From Squalus acanthias (Eukaryota), in the NCBI GenBank assembly GCA_030390025.1, contig JASTWF010000345.1, forward strand, positions 124,001 through 188,000: a stretch of DNA of 64,000 nucleotides, read 5' to 3'. The position numbers and the translations under genes were made by a program. The notes under the pieces were generated by a model. It was given only the letters and a program-made list of their open reading frames with translations, ran no database searches and had not been told where the DNA came from. This document shows positions 25,958 to 37,410 of this stretch, piece by piece. The stretch's first letter is position 1. Each line of letters starts with the position of its first letter.

Positions 25958-26747
25958 TAAAGTGAACTGGGAAAATAGATTAAAGGGTAAGACGGTACAT
26001 GAGCAGTGGTGTTCATTTAAGGAGTTATTTTACAACTTTCAAAAAATATATATTCCACTGAGGAAAAAAGGGTGTAAAAGAAATGACAGCCATCCGTGGC
26101 TAAGTAAAGAAATTAAGGATAGTATCCGACTAAAAACAAGGACATATAAGGTAGCCAAACTTAGTGGGAGGATAGAAGATTGGGAAGTTTTCAAAAGACA
26201 GCAAAAAGTAACTAAAGGATTGATTAAGAAAGGGAAGATAGATTATGAAAATAAATTAGCAAAAAATATAAAAACAGATAGCAAGAGTTTCTATAGTTAT
26301 ATAAAAAGAAAAAGGGTGGCTAAGGCAAACATAGGTCCCTTAGAGGATGAGACGGGAAATTAATGGTGGGAAACATGGAGATGGCAAAAATGCTGAACAA
26401 ATATTTTGTTTCAGTCTTTACGGTAGAGGACACTAAGAATATCCCAACACTGGACAAACAGGGGGCTCTAGTGGGGGAGGAGCTAAATACGATTAAAATC
26501 ACTCAGGAATTGGTACTCAGTAAAATAATGGGACTCAAGGTGGATAAATCCCCTGGACCTGATGGTTTACATTCTAGGGTCTTGAGGGAAGTGGCAGAGG
26601 GATTGTGGATGCTTTGGTAATAATTTTCCAAAATTCCCTGGACTCAGCAAAGGTCCAGCAGATTGGAAAACTGCTAATGTAACACCCTTATTTAAAAAGG
26701 GTAGTAGGCAGAAGGCTGGAAATTATAGACCAGTTAGCCTAACATCT

Positions 26748-28034
26748 GTGGTGGGTAAAATTTTGGAGTCTATTATTAAGGAGACAGTAACGGAACATTT
26801 AGATAAACACAATTTAATAGGACAAAGTCAGCATGGCTTTATGAAGGGGAAGTCATGTCTGACAAATTTGCTTGAGTTCTTTGAGGACATAACGTACAGG
26901 GTGGATAAAGGGGAACTAGTGGACGTAGTGTATTTAGACTTCCAGAAGGCATTCGACAAGGTGCCACATAAAAGATTATTGCTCAAGATAAAAAATCATT
27001 GGATTGGGGGTAATATTCTGGCATGGGTGGAAGATTGGTTATCTAACAGGAAGCAGAGAGTTGGGATAAATGGTTCATTCTCGGACTGGCAACCAGTAGC
27101 CAGTGGTGTTCCGCAGGGGTCGGTGCTGGGTCCCCAACTCTTTACAATCTATATTAACGATTTGGAGGAGGGGACCGAGTGTAACATATCAAAGTTTGCA
27201 GATGATACAAAGATGGGAGGGAAAGTAGAAAGTGAGGAGGACATAAAAAACCTACAAGGGGATATAGACAGGCTGGGTGAGTGGGCGGAGATTTGGCAGA
27301 TGCAATACAATATTGGAAAATGTGAGGTTATGCACTTTGGCAGGAAAAATCAGAGAGCATGTTATTATCTTAATGGCGAGAAACTGGAAAGTACTGCAGT
27401 ACAAAGGGATCTGGGGGTCCTAGTGCAAGAAAATCAAAAAGTTAGTATGCAGGTGCAGCAGGTGATCAAGAAGGCCAACGGAATGTTGGCTTTTATTGCT
27501 AGGGGGATAGATTATAATATCAGGGAGGTATTGCTGCAGTTATATAAGGTATTGGTGAGACCGCACCTGGAATACTGCATACAGTTTTGGTGTCCATACT
27601 TAAGAAAAGACACACTTGCTCTCGAGGCAGTACAAAGAAGGTTCACTCGGTTAATCCCGGGGATGAGGGGGTGGACATATGAGGAGAGGTTGAGTAGATT
27701 GGGACTCTACTCATTGGAGTTCAGAAGAATGAGAGGCGATCTTATTGAAACATATAAGATTGTGAAGGGGCTTGATCGGGTGGATGCGGTAAGGATGTTC
27801 CCGAGGATGGGTGAAACTAGAACTAGGGGGCATAATCTTAGAATAAGGGGCTGCTCTTTCAAAACTGAGATGAGGAGAAACTTCTTCACTCAGAGCGTAG
27901 TAGGTCTGTGGAATTTGCTGCCCCAGGAAGCTGTGGAAGCTACATCATTAAATAAATTTAAAACAGAAATAGACAGTTTTCTAGAAGTAAAGGGAATTAG
28001 GGGTTACGGGGAGCGGGCAGGAAATTGGACATGA
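26748..28034 (+). pseudogene. Open RT + C-terminal portion of CR1 ORF2 (428 aa)
   Basis: [34 protein letters not shown]; upstream ORF2 is frameshifted and interrupted. Confidence 0.95.
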
Positions 28035-28232
28035 GGCTGAGTTCGGATCGGTCAAGGCCCTGTGGGTGGCGGAGCGGGCCCAGGGGCTGTGTGGCCGGGT
28101 CCTGCTCCTACTTCTTGTGTTCTTTAGATTTGAGGTTAGGATCAGATCAGCCATGATCTTATTGAATGGCGGAGCAGGCTCGAGGGGCCGATTGGCCTAC
28201 TCCTGCTCCTATTTCTTATGTTCTTATGTTCT

Positions 28233-29760
28233 TATAAGAAATAGGAGCAGGAGTAGGCCATTCGGCCCTTCGAGCCTGCTCCACCATTCAGTGAGATCAT
28301 GGCTGATCTTCTGCCTCAACTCCATTCACCAGCCCTATCGCCATATCCCTTGATGCCCTTACTAGTCAGAAATCTATCAACTTCTGTTTTGAATATACCC
28401 AATGACTGAGCCTCCACAGCCCTCTGGGGTAGAGAATTCCAAAGATTCACCACCCTCTGTGTGAAGAAATTTCTTCTCATCTCAGTCCTGAATGGCCTAC
28501 CCTTTATCCTGAGGCTGTGGCCCCTGGTTCTAGACTCCCCAGCCAAGGGAAACATTCTCCCAGCATCCACCCTCTCAAGCTCTGTAATAATTTTGTATGC
28601 TTCAATGAGATCCTTTCTCATTCTTCTGAATTCAAGAGAATACAGACCTAGTTTACTCAATCTCTTCTCATACGACAGTCCCGCCATCCCAAGAATCAAT
28701 CTCGTGAACCTTCGTTGCACTCCCTCTATGGCAAGTATATCCTTCCTTAGGTAAGGAGACCAAAATTGTCTCACCAAGGCCCTATATAATTGGAGTAAGA
28801 CTTCTTTACTCCTGCACTCAAATCCTCTTGTAATGAAGGCCAGCATACCATTTGCCTTCCTAATGGCTTGCTGCACCTGCACATTCACTTTCAGTGACTC
28901 ATGTGCAAGGACACCCAGGTCCCTTTGAGCATCTGCATTCCCCAATCTGTCACCATTTAGGAAATACTCTGCCTTTCTGTTTTTTCTACCAATGTGGATA
29001 ACTTCACATTTATCCACATTATATTGTTCTCGCCCACTCACTGAGCCTGTCGAGATCCCCTTGAAGCCTCTTCAAATCCTCTTCCCAACTGCCACTGCCA
29101 CCGAGCTTTGTATCATCAGCAAATTTGGAAATGTTACATTTAGTCCCCTCATCCAAATCATTGATATAGATTGTGAATAGCTGGGGCCCAAGCACCGATC
29201 CTTGCGGTACCCCACTAGTCACAGCCTGCCATCCTGAAAAAGACCTGTTTATCCCTAGTCTTTGTTTTCTGTCTGTTAACCAATTATCAATCCATGCTAG
29301 TATATTACCCCCAATTCCATGTGCCCTAATTTCGTTCACCAACCTCTTGTGTGGGACCTTATCGAAGGCCTTCTGAATATCCAAATACACCACATCTACC
29401 AGTTCCCCTTTGTCTACTCCACTAGTTACATCCTCAAAGAACTCCAATAGGTTTGTCAAACAGGATTTCCCTTTCATAAATCCATGTTGACTCTGCCCAA
29501 TCTTACTATTAGTTTCTAAGTGCCCAGTTATTGCATCCTTTATAATAGATTCCAGCATTTTCCCAACTACTGATGTGAGGCTAATAGGTCTGTAGTTCCC
29601 CGTTTTCTCTCTCCCTCCTTTCTTAAATAGCGGGGTTACCAACCCTTCTGCCACTGGAAACAGTTTCTCCTCATTTACTCTGTCAAAACCATTCATGGTT
29701 TTGAACACCTCTATCAAATCTCCCCTTTAACCTTCTGTGATCTAAGGAGAACATACCCAG
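28233..29760 (-). mobile_element. CR1 3' part, tail-to-tail with the preceding CR1; chimeric 5' segment
   Basis: ORFs 29019..29717 and 28316..29041 carry RT motifs; 29637-29760 is a separate CR1 C-terminal piece ([13 protein letters not shown]). Confidence 0.95.
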
Positions 29761-29938
29761 GCATTTAGAATAGGCTGGGCCTCGCTTCCTTCAGAACTTC
29801 TGCCTACACCGTCCACTTTGCGTCTCCCACGTGCTGGTCCCTCCCGCCCTGTAAAATCTCCCCATTAAAGATGTCCTAATTTTGTTACTTTGTGCATGTG
29901 ACTGTGAAGAAGCATGTTGGCTAGCTTCCAATAACTAA

Positions 29939-32497
29939 GGACGGAATTTTGCGGGGGGTCAGCGGGCGCGATCGGTGGCGGGTCGGGTGGGAAAGTGGTT
30001 TTTTTTCCCCAGCGGGTCAGGACCCCGCTGTGAACCCTTCACCACTCGCCTTTTACCAATGTCGGGTCTGTCAGCGCTGAGCAGACCCGACAACCAGCGG
30101 CGGGGGACCCAATTGAGTTGACAGCTTCAAATGTACAGTAAAAGCTCCCACCTTACAGAGATATCTTTCCTCAGCCACAAACTCTTCCTCACTGCATTTC
30201 CACAACAGATTCACCATGCTGCAAGTCTTTACACAAGTCTCCATCCAGTCTGACATCATTACCTCCCTCACCATTGACAGATCACTTCTGTCATCTCTAC
30301 TTCACCTGCCATCTATTTCATCAGCATGGGTGCCCTTTATACTCTCTCAGCTTGGTCCTCAGGATCCCACCACGATCAGCCCCAATACCAGCAGCACCAG
30401 GCACACCAACAGCAACAACAACTACACCGCCAACCTTCTCCGCAATCACCTGATGCTGCACAGGACAGAGGGCATCAGCACTCGACCACATTGCTGCCCG
30501 GGAGGCCAGGGATGGCCTCACCATGGCCAGATTTACTTCACTTGATGCTGTACACCCTGGCTGCCACATGATGCGCCAGGTTAGCACCACCCCACACCAA
30601 CACCATAAAGTATCCCTACAATGCCCAAGCCATTCCTATCACACTCATCACCATTGCGGGGGATACCATTATGTCTCACCATTCACTGCAACTCACTAAG
30701 CCACTCCCAAAGGTGCACACAAATCTGTCCAAGAATGCAAAGGAGTGAATTTTTCAGGGGGGTCAGCGGGTGCGTTCGGTGGCGGGTCGGGTGGGAAAAA
30801 AATCTTTTTGAGTCAACCCGCCGCCATGCGACTTTCCCAGATGTGGGGTCTGCCAGCACTGAACAGACCTGACACTCAGCGGCGGGGGAGCCAATTCAGG
30901 TCGTTATGACCTTGTTAACAGCCTGTTAACAAGTATTTTGAGCTCACCTTTACATTTTACGAGGTCGCCCACGGGGTCCACGCTGCTCAGTGATCACATC
31001 AGGTAAAGCAGGTTGGGAGTTGTATGACCATGGAATCATCTCATTACTTGACAGCTGCAAATGTGCTATAAATGCTCCCATCTTACAGCTGTTTGCTTTC
31101 CAAGTTCAGAAGCTGTTGCTTACTGCATTTGGAAGACAGATTGAGCTTTATACAGGTTGCAAGTGTTTGGAGTAAACTCTCTATCCAATGTCACCTCATT
31201 GGAACAACCTCTCTCACCATTGACAGATTGCTTCTGTCATCTCAAGTTCACCTGCCATCTATTACATCAGCATCGGTGCCCTTGAAACTATCACACCTTG
31301 GTCCTCAGAATCCCACCACGATCAGCCCCAACACCAGCAGCACCAGGCACACCAGCAGCACCAACAACAACACCAACCTTCTCTGTAAACAATTGATGCT
31401 GCACAGGACACCAGGCATCAGCACTCAACCACATTGCTGCCCGGGACGCCAGGGATGGCCTCACCATGGCCAGATTTACTTCACTTGATGCTGTACTCCC
31501 TGGCTGCCACATGATGCACCAGGTTGGCACCACCCCACACCAACACCAACATCCCTACAATGCTCAAGCTATTCTTTCACACTCATGACCATTGCGGGGG
31601 GTACCAATATGTCTCACCATTCACTGCAATTCACTAAGCCACTTCCAAAGGTGCACACAGATCTGTCCAAGAACGTAAAGTGTTGAAAATAAAGATTTCA
31701 ATGTTTGACACCACATTAACGGAAACTTTACATGAACATTGCATAAAACATCCAAGCGCCTACCCTTGTGTGTTGTTAGTTGGTTTAATTGGATGAGGGT
31801 GAGTGTGAGGGGTGGCTCGTGAGATGGGGATGCAATAATGTAGCTGGAGAGGGATGGGTGGAGGTGCACGGTAAGTTGGTATGAGTAAGGATGTGCAGGA
31901 GTAGGGTAGGGAAGGCAGAGTGATGGGGATGTGATGAGAGGCACAGCAGGATGAGGTTGAGTGTGGCTTTGTACTAACGTTTTGTGATCTACTGAGACCA
32001 TTGAAATGTTTGCGGTACTGCAGCCTGGTCCTCCTGACCACACCCCTGCTTGTGACCTCCTCTGCAATGTGCAACCAGGTTGTGTTGATCTACTGGGAGG
32101 TCTCTTGCGCCCATGGGAAGTGAAGAGGACCCCCCTGCGTGCTGTGACTCCCTCCATATGCTTATGGAGGGAGTCATGGGAGAGCCTGGGTGCAGTCCTA
32201 TGCCTTTGTGCAGTGCTTGTCAGTGTTTGCAGCACTTCAATGCTGTAGAACACTGACAGCTCAAATGTCAAAATAAATTTGGACATGGTCCCTTTAAGGA
32301 AACTGGCTGATGACGCATCATCAAATGACGTCACCAGACCCGCTTCCTCTAATTGGCTGGAAAATGTTCTGGGCGGGCTTAACAAGCCCAATCAAGGTAA
32401 ATTCATTTTACAGAGCGGGTTGGAGCCAGCAGCGGGGTCGGGAGCTGCCACCAACGTCAAGCGCCACGGACTCACTGGGGTTCGTAAAATCCCAGCC
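29939..32497. mobile_element. Non-autonomous PIF/Harbinger with duplicated left arm, deleted transposase and Myb remnant
   Basis: TIRs GGACGGAATTTTGCG / rc GGCTGGGATTTTACG, flanks TAA/TAT; transposase N-terminus (MGALYTLSAWSS...[10 protein letters not shown]) at 30326 and ~31275, homologous to the N-terminus of ORF 48700..49752; second left end at ~30742. Confidence 0.85.
31979..32215 (-). pseudogene. Harbinger Myb/SANT exon 1 remnant
   Basis: RTAPRLSHDSL...GVTARRGVLF...; IAEEVTSRGVVRRTRLQYRKHFNGLSRS then gttagt donor; frameshifted. Confidence 0.8.
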
Positions 32498-34284
32498 TAT
32501 ATGTACATATTGAGGTTTCCCAACTTGTTGAGTAGTCTAAGTCTACTGTTCTTTTATTGTAAACATCTGTCCCTTATTGAGACTGGTGGGCTAGGGTTCA
32601 AAGATGAAGTTACATAACATCTTTATACATCTATAAAAAGGCCAGTATATTTTCTTTGAACTCACTGTTAATGTACATCTGAACTCAATCCCAAGTTTTT
32701 CCATAATTTATAAACAACATTATTCCCAAATTACACCACCGAGCATGGGCCTCCTATACTTTGGTGTAATTTTTTATTCGTTCTCAGGATGTGAGCCTCG
32801 CTGGCAATGCAGGCTGAAGCACAGAATGCATCGTAAACAGCGAGGGAAGTTCAGAATTTGGCGAGAGTGGGAATTTGCGGCAGAGCGGGAAGGAGGTGCT
32901 CCTTTTTGCCTTTAATACTTGTGGTTCGTGAAAGCTTGAGGCAGTAAGTATTCAAAATGTTGTCCGGTGTTTTAGCGCTTAGTACAAGTTAGGGTGTCAA
33001 AAAAATCAAAACAGACTACAAAGTAACTGTCTATAAATAAATATAAACTAAGATATGGCAGGGCAGGTTGTGTGTCTGGACTGTAGTATGTGGGAGTTTG
33101 TGGACAGCGAGATTGTCCCAAGTGAACACATCTCCAGCAGATGTCTCCGTCTCGAATCTCTCCGGCTCAGAGTCATTGAGCTGGAGTGCGAGTTGGAGAC
33201 ACTCCGACACATAAGGGAGATGGAGGCGTATCTGGACAGTTTGCTCCAGACCTCGGTCACATCTCATAGAGAGGTGCAGGATCAGAATGGGGTTGGTGTG
33301 ACCGATAGTGTGCAGAGTAAGGGGAACCCCGTGAGATAGAGAACGAGGATCTGCAGAAACTGATCCTTTCCAATAGGCAAAATATACTTGCTACCTGTGA
33401 GGATAAGGACTATGTAATTGGACCGTCAGAAGGACAGCCAGAATGCTGACCATGGCACCTTGGAGCAGGAGGCTGTCCAAAGGGAGGAGGTGGGGAAGCG
33501 TAATGTGGTAGTTGTAGGGGATTCAATAATTAGGGGGACAGATAGCATCCTTTATAAGCAGGATCGAGAGTCCCACCTATTATGTTGCCTACCTGGTGCC
33601 AGGGTGAGGGACATCTCGAACCGGTTTGAAAGGATATTGGAGAGGGAAATGAGGATCCAGTCGTTGTGGTCCATGTTGGGACCAACAACTTAGGAAAGAG
33701 TAGGTAAGAGGTCCTGTTCAGAGAGTACCAGGAACTAGGAGCTAAATTAGAAAACAGGATCTCAAGGGTTATAGGCCTAGAAATTGGAGGTTTTAGCGCT
33801 GACTGTTATGGCCCATTTTGGTGAAAACAATAGTGACCGCCTGCTTCTGGCAGGTCCCGCGGTGGCTGCCATTTTCAGCAAGTTGGCAGTGCTGCCGTTG
33901 CCTGTGCTCGCGGAAAGTAATTTAATTAACAGGAGCGTGACGTCAAATCGGCGTGCAACGCCAATTTAACACAAGCTCATCAGTTTTGGAGCTTGCCACT
34001 GAGGCGGGAGAAAGCGGTGGTGAGCTATAAACCGTACAGTAAACAGCTGTTGGGATAACTGGTAACTATGGAGAGCTCAGACTATGTAATTGGAGTGAAA
34101 ACTGCTTCCAATGAGATGCGTCAAATCTCCCCCTGCTCAGTCAAACATTATAGGAGGTAAATACTTTTAAAAGTAAACTATACTGTACTACAGTTGTAAG
34201 AATCTCAGGAAAAAATCAAAGCTGCATTTTCTTAAATTTTATACATTGTGTTTTCTAGTTTAGGAACTGATAAAATAATATGCA

Positions 34285-34440
34285 AAAGCAAAATACTGCA
34301 GCCGCTGGAAATCTGAAATAAAAACAGAAAATGTTGGAAATACTCAGCAAGTCACGAAAGATCATCGACCCAAAACTCTGTTTCTCTCTCCACAAATGCT
34401 GTCTGACCTGCTGAGTATTTCCAGCATTTTCTGTTTTAAT
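34285..34440. repeat. Short inverted-repeat element, possibly Penelope pLTR-derived
   Basis: AAAACAGAAAATGTTGGAAATACTCAGCA ... TGCTGAGTATTTCCAGCATTTTCTGTTTT arms; related copy at ~40140-40295. Confidence 0.6.
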
Positions 34441-34482
34441 ACATAATAAGCAAAGTTTGGAAGTCTGTTTTTAAAAGACAGA

Positions 34483-35109
34483 GGCCACGAAATTCGGCTC
34501 TTTTGCGCCTCTGGGGGCGCTAACGGGGTGCAAAGGGCTTATTGGCTGGACGGGGGCACTAGCGCCCCCATAGAAATTCGGCAGGGTGCTACTGAGGCGC
34601 TAGCCGAAAGCGCCGCACCCCCGCCGGTAGCGCCCCGGGCCGCTGCACCGCCGGCGATGATGTCATCATCGTGCTCCGCGACCCCTTACTGCCCCGCAAC
34701 AGAAATTCGGCTGAGCCAGGCCAACCTCCGTTCGCGGGGCGCTACTTAAAGGGAGGTGTGGCCGCGACGCACGCCGCCATTTTTTTTGGCCCGACCTCTA
34801 GGTCGGCCTTCCGTGGCGACCCTTGGCATGGTCCGTGGCCGCCATCGCGCAGACTGCCACCGCGTCTCAGTGCCGGCTGCAGACACGGCACCACGCCGCC
34901 CTGGTGGGCTAGTGTGGGCCATTGGAGGCCCTGCAGGGCTCGCAGCGTCCCTCCCCTTTAACAGCGCTACCATGCTTTGCGCCCCCGACACTGCCCCGAG
35001 ATGGTAAGCCGAATTTAACAGCCGGGGCGGTACTTCCACGCCGGGCGCTAAATCTCCGGCGATAATGCGGATACTGCCCCCAAACGGGGCGTAACCGAAT
35101 TTCGCCCCC
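34483..35109. mobile_element. Harbinger-type MITE related to the 5275/11596 family
   Basis: TIRs GGCCACGAAATTCGG / rc GGGGGCGAAATTCGG; internal CCGGCGATGATGTCATCA shared with ~5425. Confidence 0.8.
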
Positions 35110-36250
35110 TTAACACTATATTCTCACCAAGAATTCTTCAAAAGTCTGCTGTTGTTAAAAATGTTGAACTCTCTTCTGCACCATTTAAATAAGTAAACAC
35201 CTGACCAAGAGGTTCATGTTCCCCTTTTTAAAAAATATTTATTTCCATTGATGTCTCATGCAACGTTTTAAGGACACCTATGCCAGTCTTTACGTGATGT
35301 TTCCAGTCACAGTCCCTCCAGATCTGAGCCTGTGCTTTAAAAACCACTCACCAGGGAGTGAATGCCCTGTGCGATCTGCAGGCTCGTGGACTGTCACTGC
35401 TAGCTGCAAGATGGTACATCCCCCTGCCCATCCCCCTCCAGCACCGTAGTGGAGCACAAACCTCCACCCAGCAACCATCTGGGTGAAAGATCTGTGGAGC
35501 TATGGCAACCAGAAAAGGTGGGAGTACCAGACAATGTGTCACCCATCTGTGGACGCCGCACAAGACCCAGACAAATGTCCACGAAAGTAAGAGTGGAGTC
35601 GTGGACAAACAAATGCCTCGTCACCTGCCACAATGCACAATGCTCCAACCCTACAAGGGCCATCAGCGGACTCGACAGCAAAACCCAGGAGCCGTCACCA
35701 AATGATCCGACACAGCACATTGCCCGAGAACGGCGCACCGAGCCTTCAGACGCGACCTTCGGCCGGAAGGAGCGCTGGAAGGAGCGCGTTGCACAAGAGA
35801 TTCTCCGCTCTGCTCATGGTAATCAGCAGGAAGCACCAAAATACCGATGCTGCCTGCGCTCTACTTGTAGGCGGCCGTTAGCCTTGGCCTGCAGTGTCAC
35901 CAACCATTTTTCAGCCTAATCGAATTTCTAGGCCACTATCTCTGGATTGTTACCTGAGCCGCATGCAAATTGGTGTAGGGATCAGCAGATTAGAGAGGTG
36001 AACACGTGGCTGAAGGAGTGGTGTGGGAAAGAGGGGTTCCATTTCTTGGGACACTGGCACCAGTACAGGGCCAGAAATGAACTGTACTGTTGGGATGGGC
36101 TCCAGCTGAACCGGGCTGGGACCAGGGTTATAGCGGAAAGGATAAATAGGGCAGGACTTTAAACTAGTAAATGGGAGGGAGAGGGCTCAAGTGGAAATGG
36201 TAGTATAAATAATAATTCTAAAACAAACAAAAGAGAAGAGAGTAGAGTAA

Positions 36251-37410
36251 GGTTTAGAAATTCATTATAGCCCAGGAATGGGCAGTATAATTAGAAAGGT
36301 TGGAGAATTAGCACTAATGCTTTAGCCTGCACACAAAATCAATTCTCACTGCTCAAAGAAATGATTGGAGTGCTAATTCAAGTCTTTAAGCCCAAGCTCA
36401 TTGGCGTTACATTCAAAGGGTAGACCAATATCAGGTGCAGTCTAATCGCAAGTCATGATTGCCACAGGCTTTTTCCAGTTCTTAAAGGGGAGGTTCATTG
36501 ATGCTGCAGAACCTCATTCTCAGCATTTCTGGCTATGCAGCTGTCTCAGCAAGCAGACGCAGGACAAGGAAAAGGAACTGGAGGACTGAAGCAGCTGTAC
36601 TCATGGCAGATCCATGCCCCAGGGAGAGAGCCTGCAGATTCTGCGATCAAGCGTTGGAGGTGTTGGTGTTTGCTGAGGAAAGACGCAGTGCGGTGCTCTA
36701 CCCGACAAGTGGCAGGAGGCCCTTGCCACAAGTCTTCCACACCATGTGGAGGGAGGTAGCGCAGCACGTCTTGGGCAGCACTGTGGTCCCCAGGACCCAC
36801 ACACAATGCAGGAAGAAATTAAACGGCCTCACTCGGGTGGTCAGGGTAAGTGAATGCTTCAACAAATGCTACATACCACTATCTGCTGCATCCAGGAGGT
36901 AAGTGGCTTTAAACCTACCTTCTGGATCCAGGGTCCCTACCTAACCTACCCCCCGTGATCGGAGACCCCCTCACGAGGCCTCCGATCACTTTCATGATGA
37001 TGAGGCCGGCCACGATTCTCTGGTTGCAGGCCCTGGTCCTCCGCCCCCCCCCCCCCCCACCGATGCCCGATCACATACCATCGCCTGCCGATCCCCTGCC
37101 AATCCTGCAACCCCCGCCAATCCTCTCTCCCCCCCTCCCGATTACCAACCCCTGCCAATCCTCTCTCCCCCCCTCCCGATTACTGACCCCCCCCTCCTGA
37201 TTGCAGACCCCCCCTCCCATGATCCCTCCGCCGGACTGACCACTCGCAACTGAGGCCTACCCACCCGCAGCCAGCCAGCCTCTCAAGCCAGGAAACCAAG
37301 GCCTCACATTCAAATTAGGCCCTGCTGATAAAATCAGCAGGGCATCCGGGAAACCCGCCTCGGACAACCCCCCCCCACCCCCAACCCACCTCCCCGAAGA
37401 AAATTCTGGT
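36251..37410 (+). mobile_element. Harbinger-derived segment carrying Myb exon 1, in place of the CR1 APE domain
   Basis: TIR-like GGTTTAGAAATT at 36251 and AAAATTCTGGTC at ~37410; CR1 ORF2 resumes after the APE core. Confidence 0.65.
36603..36845 (+). CDS. Harbinger Myb/SANT-like domain, open exon 1 (81 codons); downstream exons absent
   Basis: MADPCPRERACRFCDQALEVLV...EERRSAVLYP...MWREVAQHV...PRTHTQCRKKLNGLTRVVR|GTAAGT. Confidence 0.8.

Larger units (their letters stand above)
23776..28232 (+). mobile_element. CR1 LINE truncated within ORF1; ORF2 split by an inverted insertion
   Basis: ORF1 esterase 23796..24224 (HIGINDI, DGLHL); APE 24269..25090; ORF2 resumes ~25958; RT 26748..28034; tail (TTCTTATG)n. 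Confidence 0.95.
33774..35934. mobile_element. Harbinger-type element inserted in CR1 ORF1
   Basis: Perfect 12-bp TIR GGCCTAGAAATT / AATTTCTAGGCC; removing it (with 3 extra bases) restores the ORF1 motif SRVIISGLLPE. Confidence 0.85.

Noticed and set aside
31621..32391. 256-aa ORF as an intact gene
   Set aside because: Only a short part is Myb-like; the rest reads through UTR and intron after a frameshift
37020..37240. C-rich CCGAT-spaced repeats as a CRISPR-like array
   Set aside because: Low-complexity MITE interior in eukaryotic DNA; no constant repeat-spacer structure and no cas genes
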